A DNA stretch of 64,000 bases from an uncultured Verrucomicrobiae bacterium (GCA_963788655.1 CAWBHS010000090.1:133431-197430), one strand, 5' to 3'; shown: positions 23,390 through 33,964, counted from the first letter of the stretch. Numbers and translations: made by a program. The notes: generated from the sequence alone by a model not told the origin.

Positions 23390-24049
23390 TCATCGACCGG
23401 CGCCTGCATCCGCGAGTTCCAGCCAATCCTGCGCCGACAACACGCCGACCACCTCGAACGTGCCGTCACCCCGCGGGCGCACCACTGCCGAACCACCTTC
23501 CGGCGGCCGAATGTGCGCAACCATCATCAACACGTTGCCGTGGGCCACCAACACCACGTTCGACCCGTCCGGCGGCGGCATCGACAAGCGCTTGCGCGCC
23601 GTCGCCGTCAAGGCCTCCCGCCCACCGACATACGCCGCAGCGCGCGTATTGAGCACGTCCCGCGTCGTCTGCACCGGCCCGAGGTTCAGCAACTTCGCCG
23701 TCTCGGTGGTACGGCAATACTCACTGGCGAAAACCGCGCTCACCGGAATCTGCAACCGCCGCATCGCCGCGCCTACTGCCTTGGCGGTCGCCCGGCCCTC
23801 ATCGGAAAGCTGTCGCATCTGATTGCGATCGCAACTGCGGATAGCCGCCTCCGAATCCAACTGATCGGAATCCAGCCAATCGGTCGGTGCGTGCCGGAAA
23901 TACAGGATATATCCGCCGCCGCGCACCGCCGCCACCAATGTGTCGCGGTCCGCAGCAGCCGCAGGGGTCGAATACAACGCAAATGCGCACATCGCTGCGA
24001 ATATCGCGATCAATGAACGACGAAGACAGGCCAGATCGAACCGGGACAT
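23390..24049 (-). CDS. Histidine phosphatase (PGM/SixA-like) family, exported
   Basis: YFRHA, SEYCRTTETA, VAHG; signal peptide. Confidence 0.85.
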   Translation of the reverse strand: MSRFDLACLRRSLIAIFAAMCAFALYSTPAAAADRDTLVAAVRGGGYILYFRHAPTDWLDSDQLDSEAAIRSCDRNQMRQLSDEGRATAKAVGAAMRRLQIPVSAVFASEYCRTTETAKLLNLGPVQTTRDVLNTRAAAYVGGREALTATARKRLSMPPPDGSNVVLVAHGNVLMMVAHIRPPEGGSAVVRPRGDGTFEVVGVLSAQDWLELADAGAGR

Positions 24050-24199
24050 GGGATACCAACGTCGCTGTGATGAATACGGCATATTAGACCCGTTAGCAGG
24101 CAAACGTTCCACGGCTTCACGCGGAAATTTCCGGTCCGCGAATCTTAGCCAAGGAACAGCGTCGGTCGGGTCAGCGAAGCGAAACCTGCCAGATATCGT

Positions 24200-24406
24200 A
24201 TGACATCCGTGACTATTTCTGAGAAATATCCGGTTGTTATTCCAAAGGCCGCACGTCAGGCGTTGAAGCTGCGCCCCGGCCAGAAGGTGGAAGTGTTGGT
24301 CTATGAAGGGCGACTGGAATTCGTTCCGACCGGCGACCTCAAATCAGCGCGTGGTTTCTTGAAAGGAATAAAGACTGACGTACCCCGGGACAGGGACCGC
24401 GTGTGA
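24200..24406 (+). CDS. AbrB/MazE/SpoVT-family antitoxin
   Basis: VTISEKYPVVIPKAARQALKLRPGQKV; overlaps the PIN gene by 4 bp. Confidence 0.85.
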   Translation: MTSVTISEKYPVVIPKAARQALKLRPGQKVEVLVYEGRLEFVPTGDLKSARGFLKGIKTDVPRDRDRV

Positions 24407-24726
24407 ATGTAGTGAACTCGTCCCCGATCCTCGACACCGAACACCGGCTCGTTCCCGCCACCAGCATCCTGGAAGTCTTCAAACGGGTTTGTCGGCAACG
24501 CGATGAAAACGCCGCGCTGGCTGCAGTCACTCTGATGCATCAGGGTACGGTCGTCGACCTGGACGGGGAACTTGCACTGGCCGCCGCCAAACTGGGAAGC
24601 GATCACAAACTACCACTCGCCGATTCCGTCATCCTCGCATCCGCCCGCCGCTACGACGCCACGCTTTGGACGCAGGACGCAGATCTTGAGGGATTGGACG
24701 GCGTGCGTTATTTCGCGAAGCCTTGA
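24403..24726 (+). pseudogene. vapC: VapC PIN toxin, probably inactivated
   Basis: LEVFK, LPLADS, LWTQDAD present; first catalytic Asp reads Asn (VVNSS) and the segment after it appears deleted. Confidence 0.7.
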
Positions 24727-24753
24727 CCACGCACAATCGTGGTCTGTCCCCGG

Positions 24754-25083
24754 TTACCTATAGAGTTCCTGCATGTCCTTCTCGATTTCGCGTCGGCGAT
24801 ATGGGTTGGTCAGTATGGAGGGCGTGGCAAGGCCCACCTTGCGACCATCGAACAGTCTCGTGAAGGCATCCTGGATTTCCATCATGCCACCCAGCGACGG
24901 CGCCTTGCCGTGTTCGAACTCCACTAATAGATCGATGTCACTGTCGGGTCGCAGTTCACCGCGCGCGGCCGAACCAAACAGCACCAGCCGACGGATGTGA
25001 TACCGTTCCGCGAGTGCTCGTAGAGCCGCGCGCGAAACGGCAATCGTCTGTCCGACCATGAGTCGATCTCCATCGCCCGTCAT
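24754..25083 (-). CDS. Minimal nucleotidyltransferase (MNT) antitoxin, no HEPN partner
   Basis: LFGSAARGELRPDSDIDLLVEF. Confidence 0.85.
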   Translation of the reverse strand: MTGDGDRLMVGQTIAVSRAALRALAERYHIRRLVLFGSAARGELRPDSDIDLLVEFEHGKAPSLGGMMEIQDAFTRLFDGRKVGLATPSILTNPYRRREIEKDMQELYR

Positions 25084-25136
25084 GTCTTCTTCTTCCTGCG
25101 CTGTTGCGTCGCCCAGACGCCCGATGACGAAAATGA

Positions 25137-25235
25137 GTAGGTCGGGTTAGCGAAGCGTAACCCGACAATCCAAACCGCTCAGATTACGCATCTATGTCGG
25201 ATCGTAGGTCGGGTTAGCGAACGCGTAACCCGACA
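25137..25235 (+). repeat. Two tandem GTAG-type REPs (25137-25167, 25204-25235)
   Basis: GTAGGTCGGGTTAGCGAAGCGTAACCCGACA twice. Confidence 0.85.
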
Positions 25236-25367
25236 CAGACCCGCAATCTCCGTCGTCTTAATGAGCTTCTCTGAACTCCCGCACCTCGGCAGCCACCAGC
25301 TCGCCGAACAACAGCGAGCGGTTTTTGGCGCTCCGCAGGCGGCACCTCCGGTTTCATAAATACGGCT

Positions 25368-26676
25368 TCATGAATAGGATTTCAGATTTAAGGTGCGCTG
25401 AATTTTTTCGCGCACGACATCCGGCACGCCTGCCTGTTCTGCAAACGATCTCCATTTCGATACCGTCGCCTGCACCTCGGCAACGATTTTCGCGGCGCGC
25501 CCCCGTTTCATCGAAGCAGTCTTTGCGCAGGCGTTGAAGTCCTCCATCGTGAAATCGTCGCGTTTTCCATTCATCGTCATCTGATGGCTCGCCGTCCACG
25601 CACCCGCAGGATTAAAGCTGTAGGTCATATCAAAGGCCGGCGATAGCGACCACTCACCGGATTTATTCATCAGGAAGGCGATATTCTTCACGTGGTCATC
25701 CTGATTGCGGGCCACGATGTTGAATACCATGCGCCGAAACAGTTGCTCGATGGCCTGCATGGGCAACTGCAGTTGCCGCATCACCAGCAACGCCTGCTCG
25801 TAGCTATAAGCGCCTGCCATATTGAAATCGTAGTGCGCCAGGGCGCAAAGTGACTGCATGTGAAGTTTTTCGCCGCCGGCAAGACGATCAAAGCGGCGCG
25901 TCATGAAATGCGACCGGCCATTCTCTTTAAACAGCCGGCATTCACTGATTTCAATGCCGCATTCAAGCGCCATCAGGTAATACGCATACTCGATCAGCCC
26001 GTAGCCTTTCGGGTCTTCCAGTTCCTTATCCTTGTTGCCACTGACGCCGTCAAATTTCAGCAGCCAGTATTCAAATCCCTTGCCGGCTTTGACCTGGCCA
26101 GACCGCACTTCATTGGTTTTCGGGTTCCATGCGATGACCGCCTTCGCCCTCGCGCCACCGGCGGAGGTGCCCACGCGCAGAATATCCCTTAGCGCCTCTT
26201 CGCTGCCTTCATCCGCAAAAGACGCCTGCAGGTTATTCCGGTGGGTCAATATCTCCGATGCAAGCTCAACCAACTGGCCGACCTCAATGTGGCGTGGTCT
26301 GCTTTGCCTTGGGGCCGATCGCGGGGGCAAATTCCAGCGCACCCATGCCGCGTTCACCGGTATAGCAAAGCCGCTCAACCGCGTTGAAGGAATCCGGTTG
26401 CCGCCCCTGCGATGCCAGCCAGGCATCGATCAGCGCGTTGCCAAATTTGTCGGGCAGCGAGTCGGCCAGCAGGCCGGGCAGCCCGAGAAAAGTCGGGCGG
26501 GAAAGCTCGGGGAAGCGGTACACGCGCCGGGAAAGTGGCATCACAATCGGCGCGACTTGAATGCCGCTTTGCGCGAATGCTGCATCGTATTCAAAGCTGG
26601 CGACGTCCTCCCCATCCTGCAGCGAGACAGCGCCGATGGTTTTGCCCCACAGCCTGACTTCGGCAAGCGTGCTCAT
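25368..26676 (-). CDS. hipA: HipA family Ser/Thr kinase toxin (frameshift near 26290)
   Basis: LADSLPDKFG, GTSAGGARAKA, LLKFD, RFDR, NQDDHVKN, LSPAFD. Confidence 0.92.
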
Positions 26677-27023
26677 GGCTTCTCATCCCAGCGCCATGGT
26701 TTGCCGGTCGCCTTTGCGGCACGTCGACCCGAAGCCCGTTGCCGGACCTTGCCCTTTCGCTTTAACAAATCCATCGGCCTGGGCCCGGACTCCGGAATCA
26801 GGCTATCCAGCCCTGATGCGGCGTCCAGCACCCGCAGCACACGAACCAGGGTGGCCAACTGTGACGTTTGCCCTGCCTCCATACGCTCGAGGGTGCGCTT
26901 GGCGATACCCGCCTGTTCGGCCACGGCCGCCTGGGTCAGCTGCAATTCAACCCGGCGACCGGCAATACGTGCGCCCAATTCGGCCAGCACGGCCTCATCT
27001 GTGAGTAAGCCGGTGATTTTCAT
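26673..27023 (-). CDS. hipB: HipB-like XRE HTH antitoxin
   Basis: LTQAAVAEQAGIAKRTLERMEAG; 4-bp overlap with hipA. Confidence 0.85.
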   Translation of the reverse strand: MKITGLLTDEAVLAELGARIAGRRVELQLTQAAVAEQAGIAKRTLERMEAGQTSQLATLVRVLRVLDAASGLDSLIPESGPRPMDLLKRKGKVRQRASGRRAAKATGKPWRWDEKP

Positions 27024-27025
27024 AG

Positions 27026-27168
27026 TCGTTATATATTGCGAATAGGTCGGCTAAATTGCTATATATCGTCAGTTATTGCGATATATAGCTGAACAATAGA
27101 ATTTATATCAAGTCGTAATAAATAGCGATATAACGGCTTTAACCAATATTAGTCGCAATATATTACGA
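27026..27168 (-). promoter_or_regulatory. AT-rich hipBA promoter with four TCGY-N8-RCGA palindromes
   Basis: Sites at 27026-27041, 27066-27081, 27113-27128 and 27153-27168. Confidence 0.7.
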
Positions 27169-27402
27169 TATATTTATTACTCAACGCGCCCTCGGCTCCA
27201 GCGGCTTCGGAATCGGTTGTCGTGCGGAGAATAGCAATTCTGATCTCCGCAATTTATACGGAGTTTATCCTTGCGCCTGCGGCGAATTGGAGTTGAACGC
27301 GGCGCATCGCGTGTTCGAGACAACCCAAGCACACCGGTACTCGCGCATGTGCGATGCCGCTGCGCATGAACTTGCACTTGCGTTAGCGTAGATCGGGCTA
27401 AC

Positions 27403-27594
27403 GTAGGTCGGGTTAGCGAAGCGTAACCCGACAACCCACACCCGAGTTGCCACCCGTAGGTCGGGTTCGCGCAGCGTAATCCGACAACCCAAACCGCTAG
27501 AATTAGAAATGTAGGTCGGGTTAGCGAAGCGTAACCCGACAACTCACACCCGAGTTGCCGCCCGTAGGTCGGGTTAGCGCAGCGTAACCCGACA
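27403..27594 (+). repeat. Array of four GTAG-type REPs with A-B-A linkers
   Basis: Units start at 27403, 27456, 27511 and 27564; linkers 1 and 3 nearly identical. Confidence 0.88.
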
Positions 27595-27599
27595 TCGAC

Positions 27600-27935
27600 C
27601 TGCAATCGTCAAAGCCAGTCAGCGGCAGCTCGAGGGATTTATAAAAACGCCAAGCTGTATCAGAACGAAAATCTCAACCTGGCCCTGGTAGCCGAAGCCA
27701 TGAACCTCAGCGCCCGTCAGCTATCCGAGCTGGTGAACGTCCGATTCGGCACGAACTTCTGCCGCTACATCCGCGAACAACGCGTCGAACCCCCCAAGAA
27801 ACTGCTCGCAAGCGAGCCCAAATCCTCCGTGCTAGCCATCGGCCTGGAAACGGGCTTCAAAAACCCAGTCGAATTTTTACGCGGCATTCAAGGAAATCAC
27901 GGGTATGTCGCCGGGAGCGTATCAGAAGTCGCTTG
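27600..27935 (+). pseudogene. AraC-family regulator, C-terminal HTH fragment
   Basis: LYQNENLNLALVAEAMNLSARQLSELVN...NFCRYIREQRV...IGLETGF; no 5' part, begins right after the REP array. Confidence 0.7.
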
Positions 27936-28375
27936 GCCCGCTGTTGGGCCTCTGAAAACGTGATCTGCCCCCAATTTTAGATCGGTTTCAAGCACCGGAT
28001 GATTGAATCGATGGCCCTTCCTGGATCGATCGTTCATCCCTGACGGCCGAATGATAGGACCATAAAGCGCATCCGTGTTTCGCCATCATCCTCTCCCCGT
28101 GGCGCCCCCCGCCATCGCCAGGGCGTTGGCATGACCGAGAAGCTGCGCAGGTCTTTAGCGGGAATTGTGCATACGCCTTCGGGCTCTGTTCCCGAAAAAC
28201 AGGGTCACGGTCCCGAATAACAAACTATGCGCGGCTTGACGTCTCGACGACGCGTTCGTATTGGAACTGTTTTTCCTGCCTACCAATCCTTGTAAGCTGG
28301 GCCCACGTACAGCGAGGGGTTTCGCCAATCATTACCTTAATTGAGGCTACGCATCCGTGTTGATCGGTTTCCACC

Positions 28376-29074
28376 ATGGCACAACACAATAAGCCACCCG
28401 CGGCTTCGAAAAACGAAGTCAGCGCGTTTCTTGAAAAGGTTGCACGCACCCCTGTGAAAGCATCGGGCGAGCGCGGCCGCTTGATATTTTCGCTGGACGC
28501 AACCGCGAGTCGTGAACCGACCTGGGACACTGCCTGCCAGCTCCAGGCGGAAATGTTCAAAGAGACCGGAAACCTTGGAGGCCTGTCGATTCAACTCTGC
28601 TACTACCGCGGCTTCAAGGATTTCTATGCGGGCGACTGGTGTGACGATGCGCACGCACTGCTCAAACAGATGACCAGCGTGCGCTGTTTAGGCGGGCAAA
28701 CTCAGATCCTTCGCATTCTCGATCATGCGCTCACCGAGACAAAGAAAAAGAAGATTCAGGCGTTGGTGTTCGTGGGTGATGCCATGGAAGAAGATGTCGA
28801 CGCGTTGTGCCATGCAGCGGGTCAACTCGGAATCCTGAACGTACCGGTCTTTGTGTTTCAGGAAGGCAATCACCCAGCGGTGCGCGCTGCATTCCAGCAG
28901 ATCGCACGTTTGTCCGGCGGCGCCTACGCCCCTTTTGACATCAATAGTGCCTCACAATTGCGCACACTGTTATCCGCTGTCGCGATATTCGCCGCTGGAG
29001 GCAGGAAGGCGCTAGCAGACTTCAGCAAACGAAGCGGCGGTGATGTGCTGTTGCTGACCAAGCAGCTCAAGTAG
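28376..29074 (+). CDS. VWA domain protein
   Basis: MIDAS-like LDATASR; VFVGDAMEE. Confidence 0.82.
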   Translation: MAQHNKPPAASKNEVSAFLEKVARTPVKASGERGRLIFSLDATASREPTWDTACQLQAEMFKETGNLGGLSIQLCYYRGFKDFYAGDWCDDAHALLKQMTSVRCLGGQTQILRILDHALTETKKKKIQALVFVGDAMEEDVDALCHAAGQLGILNVPVFVFQEGNHPAVRAAFQQIARLSGGAYAPFDINSASQLRTLLSAVAIFAAGGRKALADFSKRSGGDVLLLTKQLK

Positions 29075-29080
29075 GCCGCC

Positions 29081-29866
29081 TTGATCAGAATCGTCTTGCT
29101 GTTGCTTATCGCGGGCATTGCGTTCGTCATACTACGTTCCCTGCTGGCCGGCCGGAACATCACCAACCGACAGTTCGGCGTAATCTACGTAGCGACGCTT
29201 TTGGGGATCGTGTTGCTATATCTCGGCATGAGCGGGCGACTACCCTGGTTGTTGGGTCTCCTGGGTGCTGCGCTTCCTTTCATCGCAAAACGCCTGCCTT
29301 GGATCGTTCGCATCATCGGTCTTCGCAGCGTTTGGCAGTGGCTGCGCAACGTTCATCCGCATTCTGGGGGCCCGAGTAGTGGTAGCAGTACCCGCGGACC
29401 GGGACAGACCTCGTCGCTCAATACACGCTTTTTTGCGATGGTTCTCGATCATGATACGGGCAACATGGATGGTGAGATTCTGGAAGGGCCGAACAAGGGC
29501 GCGAAGCTTTCCGAATTGTCGCTGTCAGAACTGCTGGCGCTACTTTCGCTGGTCAACAGTGACCCGGACTCAGAGAGTGTTCTACGAGCCTATCTCGATC
29601 GCGAACATCCCGACTGGACTGAGCACGGGCAGCAGCAAGAAACACATCACGACGGCGCGCAGTCGGAACATCCCAGTGACGTTAATCTCACGGTCCGGCA
29701 AGCTTATGAAATTCTGGGTATCGAACCGGGTGCGAACAAGGACGAAGTCAAGGATGCACACCGACGCCTGATGCAACGCGTGCACCCCGATCGAGGCGGC
29801 TCCGCCTATCTCGCGGCCCGCATCAATGAGGCAAAAAAAGTACTGTTGGCGCACCTTGGCGATTGA
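29081..29866 (+). CDS. Membrane-anchored DnaJ (C-terminal J-domain) protein
   Basis: N-terminal TMs; AYEILG...AHRRLMQRVHPDRGGS...INEAK. Confidence 0.85.
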   Translation: MIRIVLLLLIAGIAFVILRSLLAGRNITNRQFGVIYVATLLGIVLLYLGMSGRLPWLLGLLGAALPFIAKRLPWIVRIIGLRSVWQWLRNVHPHSGGPSSGSSTRGPGQTSSLNTRFFAMVLDHDTGNMDGEILEGPNKGAKLSELSLSELLALLSLVNSDPDSESVLRAYLDREHPDWTEHGQQQETHHDGAQSEHPSDVNLTVRQAYEILGIEPGANKDEVKDAHRRLMQRVHPDRGGSAYLAARINEAKKVLLAHLGD

Positions 29867-29957
29867 AGGCATATCGATAGCGCCGAAGACGAAAGGGGCC
29901 GACTATCATCTATGGCAAATATTAGAAACAATTGTTCTCTGGCACCTATTTTCTTCC

Positions 29958-30502
29958 CGGATTCCCAATGCCGACGTGTACAAAGGTGTCATTCTGAACT
30001 ACACCCGCAACCCGCAACGGCGCTTCTCGTTCGGCGTCGGCGTTGGCGTCAACGAAGATTTGCAACGCGCGCAACAGCTCGGGGTTGCGGTACTGCAGTT
30101 CATGGACGGTGTACAGGACCAACCGCCGCCCATGGCACTGGTGGAAGAACTCGGCGAGTCGAACGTATTGGTCCGCTTCTTCGGCTGGGTCGATCAAACC
30201 ACGCACAACTTCATCAAAGTTAAAAGCGAAGCAATCCGCCAAGTCAAGAAAGCGCTCGACGATGCCGGCATCGACATGCCCGAACCCATCTATCGCGTGC
30301 AACTGAACGATCAGCGCGAAAGCCGAGCGCCGGCCGAGACAAAGCGGTCTCCTGAAAGCCCGGAAGTCCGTGCGAAGCAATCCCTGCAAGATACCCCCGC
30401 CGGAGACCTATCGGCGGGCGACTCCGTCGACACCCGATCGCCCGCGAACGGGCCGATACCCGAGATGCGGATTTGCTCGATCCATCCGCTCCGAAAGAGT
30501 AA
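29958..30502 (+). pseudogene. Diverged duplicate of the 3' 545 bp of mscS
   Basis: Colinear with 19190-19735 (RIPNADVYKG through the stop), mostly synonymous changes, no 5' end. Confidence 0.88.
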
Positions 30503-30675
30503 GGACCGCAAACCGGCGATAACCGAGATTCGTGCTGCACTACTCGAAGAAAGAATTCGCGATACCAAGAACGACGATGAGATGTAGGCCCGATCAAGCG
30601 CAGCGAATCGGGCAACGGCAGCAGCTGGTGTCATCGCCGGATTCGCGCCTAACCGTGCTGAACCCGCCCTACGGC

Positions 30676-31182
30676 CTACAACTTCGCCACGGCCTCGAGC
30701 ATTGCCTCACTCGGCCACAGCCATTGCCCATAGATGCTCGTCGGGCGTTCATTGAGCCGGTGCGAGGTAGCGAGCGGATCTAGGTCCAATACATTCGGTA
30801 CTTCAACTACCGACGCTTCGAGATCTTGTTTGGCAATGCGCAAGGAACCGAGCACCGATCGATCCGTGGCGGTGTCGAAACGCACCGGACCCAGCGCCAG
30901 CTCCGCCTTTCGGATGTCCGCATCAGGGCACCCCGCCTGCGCCAGGACCGCAGTGAAGAGCATGCGAAACCACTTCGCTTTCAGCTCGGCGAATTGCGGT
31001 TTGCGCAGGCCGGCCATGAACAATACAAAGCGCGTTTCGTCATGGCAGAACATCACGCACTGGCGGCGGTCTATGGTGAACAAGTGCCCGTGCCAACTGC
31101 CGAGCGGACTGGTCTCGTCCCGTGGTGTGGCGGAAACATCGCTTAACTTACCGGCGAGCTTTTGCGTGCAGTGCAGAATCAC
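30676..31182 (-). CDS. DUF6933-like hypothetical protein
   Basis: MILHCTQKL, LGSWHGHLF, TDRSVLGSL, LNERP. Confidence 0.65.
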   Translation of the reverse strand: MILHCTQKLAGKLSDVSATPRDETSPLGSWHGHLFTIDRRQCVMFCHDETRFVLFMAGLRKPQFAELKAKWFRMLFTAVLAQAGCPDADIRKAELALGPVRFDTATDRSVLGSLRIAKQDLEASVVEVPNVLDLDPLATSHRLNERPTSIYGQWLWPSEAMLEAVAKL

Positions 31183-31319
31183 GTTGCCATCCTAGCCGTA
31201 CTGACCGATTAGCGGAACCTGGTTTAAAGCAATCGGTGACACACGATCTTCATTTTTCCTCGATCGCTGTCGCTAGGTTGTGTTCTCCAGGTGTAGGGAT
31301 TTCGATTCCCCGTCAGCAC

Positions 31320-31484
31320 ACCGAACCGGTTATTCGCATGCTCGACTATGCCCAGCGATACACGCGCGCCGTTGACTGGGCAGACCTACATCATGCGCGG
31401 GCATCGTTAGAGCGAACCGGCGCCTTCGCGGCTGGCGAAAACGCGCGGCTAATCATGCCGAACAAGGGCAGCCAACAAGCATAA
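31320..31484 (+). pseudogene. Possible C-terminal remnant of a Fic-family gene
   Basis: EPVIRMLDYAQRYTRAVDWADLHHARASLERTGAF resembles Fic C-termini (recalled, unverified). Confidence 0.35.
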
Positions 31485-31658
31485 ATGGCCCGCGCACACA
31501 CGCGCCGGAAAATAAATCTGTCCCGTTTTTCTCCCTGCTCTTCATTGCCGGGGAGGCCGTTTCACTTAACGCTCTTGTCTGGCCGAAGCGTTTACGTTAT
31601 TTTACCTTAATCGCTCAATATAAAATAACGCCAGAGCTTATTTTAGGATAGAGCCCCT

Positions 31659-32828
31659 ATGAAAAGGAAACTCCAGGGACACTATGCCACGGTGTCGGTG
31701 GGCGGCGAAGACGTGCGCGCTTTCGTCCCCGCTCCATTACCCCCGCAGCCGCCTATCGATTGGTCGCCGGCGTTGCGTGGGAAGTTCGACCAGGCATTGT
31801 TGGCGCTTGGCCGTCTCGACAGCGTCTGCTTCCTGCTGCCGGATACGTCGCTCTTCCTTTATATGTATGTGCGCAAGGAAGCCGTGCTCTCGTCAATGAT
31901 CGAGGGAACGCAGTCCTCGCTCTCCGACCTGCTTTTGTTCGAGCTGGACCAGGAACCGGGGGTACCTCTGGATGATGTGCAGGAAGTCAGCAACTATGTG
32001 GCTGCCCTGAACCACGGCTTGAGCCGCCTGGCAGAGGGCTTTCCTTTGTCGTTGCGGCTCATCAAAGAAATGCATTCGGACCTTCTGACCAAACGAAGAG
32101 GAAGCAAGCAATCCCCGGGCGAGTTTCGCCGCAGCCAGAACTGGATTGGCGGCACTCGCCCCGGCAACGCTGCTTTCGTGCCGCCTCCGGCCCAAGACGT
32201 CTTGGAATGCATGGGCAAGCTTGAGCTGTTCCTGCACGATCAGCCTGAAGCCACGCCAATTCTGCTGAAGGCCGCGTTGGCTCATGTGCAATTCGAGACC
32301 ATACATCCGTTCCTCGACGGCAATGGCCGCATCGGTCGGCTGCTGATTACGTTGCTACTGTGCGAACAGAAGGTGCTCCGCCAGCCCATGTTGTACTTGA
32401 GCCTCTACTTCAAAACGCATCGCCAGTATTACTATGAGCTGCTCGACAACGTTCGGCAGACCGGGGATTGGGAAGGCTGGCTGGATTTCTTTGCCGAAGC
32501 GGTCATCGTGACCGCGGGACAAGCAGTGGAGACTGCCCAACAGCTTCTTGAGTTATCCAAGAACGACCGCACGAAGATCAGCACCCTTGGCAGGGCTGCG
32601 CCGTCGACCTTGCAGGTGCACAACGCGCTGATGGAGCACTGCGTCGCGACCTCCGCGTGGCTGACACAGAAGACGGGCCTAACCCCTGCAACAGTGAACA
32701 AATGTCTGGCCCACCTGGAACGTCTAGGCATCGTGCGCGAGCTGACTGCCCGGAAGCGCAACCGCGTGTTCAGTTATGGGGAATATGTGGAGATCATGAA
32801 TCGTGGCACGGAGTTGCCGGGCGGGTGA
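31659..32828 (+). CDS. Fic family protein with C-terminal HTH
   Basis: EAVLSSMIEGT inhibitory motif; HPFLDGNGRIGR catalytic motif. Confidence 0.92.
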   Translation: MKRKLQGHYATVSVGGEDVRAFVPAPLPPQPPIDWSPALRGKFDQALLALGRLDSVCFLLPDTSLFLYMYVRKEAVLSSMIEGTQSSLSDLLLFELDQEPGVPLDDVQEVSNYVAALNHGLSRLAEGFPLSLRLIKEMHSDLLTKRRGSKQSPGEFRRSQNWIGGTRPGNAAFVPPPAQDVLECMGKLELFLHDQPEATPILLKAALAHVQFETIHPFLDGNGRIGRLLITLLLCEQKVLRQPMLYLSLYFKTHRQYYYELLDNVRQTGDWEGWLDFFAEAVIVTAGQAVETAQQLLELSKNDRTKISTLGRAAPSTLQVHNALMEHCVATSAWLTQKTGLTPATVNKCLAHLERLGIVRELTARKRNRVFSYGEYVEIMNRGTELPGG

Positions 32829-32946
32829 GAGCGGGATGTGGCAATGCAAGAGCTGCCGGCTTGACATGTTTGCTGCCTGGGTTATTCCTGCGGCGAGTAC
32901 AGGGGTCGGTACGAGAAAAGGTACACCTGACGCAGTCTGTCACTTC

Positions 32947-33390
32947 TCACGAAATCAGTTCTGGGCGATGATTTCTCAGCCAGTCGGTCACCTCGCGCAG
33001 TAGGTCTTCCGCTTCGCGAATGCAATTCGCGGCAGAGATGTCGTCAACGTCTTCGCCCAAATAGTCCGATAGATTCCGCTTCCGCCGATACGTGTCCAAC
33101 ACGACCATGCGGCTCCTCGCAAGGCCAATAGTCGTTGGCAACGACTGCAACACGGTCATGTGGTGCCCTGGCCTGTTCGTATCCGGTCGATAACCGTTCG
33201 CCAGGAGTGCGGTCAGGGCCGACTGCATGATCGCCTTGTAGGCTGCATCAAAGCGCGTTTCGGCGCTGACCTCCTTCACATGGGCATCGGCGAGGTTCCG
33301 CGTTGCGGCGTCCAACAGACGTCGGACTTCGGTTGCGTCAGTGACGTGGCTTTTCAGCTGCCCGATCTTTAGTAAGTTTTCCAAGGTCAT
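32947..33390 (-). CDS. HEPN-like domain protein
   Basis: RFDAAYKAIM, GYRP..GHH, RRKRNLSDY; directly downstream of the MNT gene. Confidence 0.72.
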   Translation of the reverse strand: MTLENLLKIGQLKSHVTDATEVRRLLDAATRNLADAHVKEVSAETRFDAAYKAIMQSALTALLANGYRPDTNRPGHHMTVLQSLPTTIGLARSRMVVLDTYRRKRNLSDYLGEDVDDISAANCIREAEDLLREVTDWLRNHRPELIS

Positions 33391-33964
33391 TAGCTGTCCC
33401 TAGCAAAAACAGTTTCGGTTCCTTGAGTATTCGGCTAACGAATCGATCTCCGTCGGCACACTTCTTCATGAAGTCGGCCTTCGGCATCACGACCGGATTC
33501 ACCTCCCGGCCGAGACGTTGGTGCGTCTCGGCGAACGCTTCCACCACGTTTGCAAACGATGCCGAACCGACGACGAACACATCTACGTCGCTGGTCGCGC
33601 GCTCCTTACCTTGGGCAACGGAACCAAACACGAACGCCAGGTCGATCTTCGCCGCGAGCGGCGTCAACGCCTCGCGCAGCACATCGGCAAGCCCGGTCGT
33701 CTTGCGAAAGAATCCCGCAAGTTCCGCAAACACCGGAGACTCACGGTTGGCCTGGTAACGAACCTGGTTGCCGGTGACTTCACGCACCAGGAGGCCGGCC
33801 TCCGCAAGCCGCTTCAACTCGCGGTGCACGGACCCCGCTGGCACCTCCGCCAGCCGGCCAATCTCCCGCACGTAAAAGCTTTGCTCCGGCCGGAGCAACA
33901 GCAATGACAGAACACGCCGGTGATAGGCGCTGAACAGAACCTCGGCAGGACTGGTTTCGACCAT
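33338..33964 (-). CDS. wHTH-nucleotidyltransferase antitoxin
   Basis: N-terminal wHTH (YVREIGR..VHRELKRL); FVFGSVAQG..SDVDVFVVG. Confidence 0.85.
   Translation of the reverse strand: MVETSPAEVLFSAYHRRVLSLLLLRPEQSFYVREIGRLAEVPAGSVHRELKRLAEAGLLVREVTGNQVRYQANRESPVFAELAGFFRKTTGLADVLREALTPLAAKIDLAFVFGSVAQGKERATSDVDVFVVGSASFANVVEAFAETHQRLGREVNPVVMPKADFMKKCADGDRFVSRILKEPKLFLLGTANDLGKLTKDRAAEKPRH

Noticed and set aside
27403..27594. CRISPR-like array of 31-bp repeats
   Set aside because: Spacers are only 22-24 bp, spacers 1 and 3 are nearly identical, the repeat occurs singly elsewhere with a GTAG REP signature, and no cas genes are present
27177..27605. 142-aa ORF with repeated VGLRCANPTY
   Set aside because: Translation of the REP array, not a gene
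27961..27996. Possible IS3-family end (TGATCTGCCCCC)
   Set aside because: No partner inverted repeat or transposase found; too short to support
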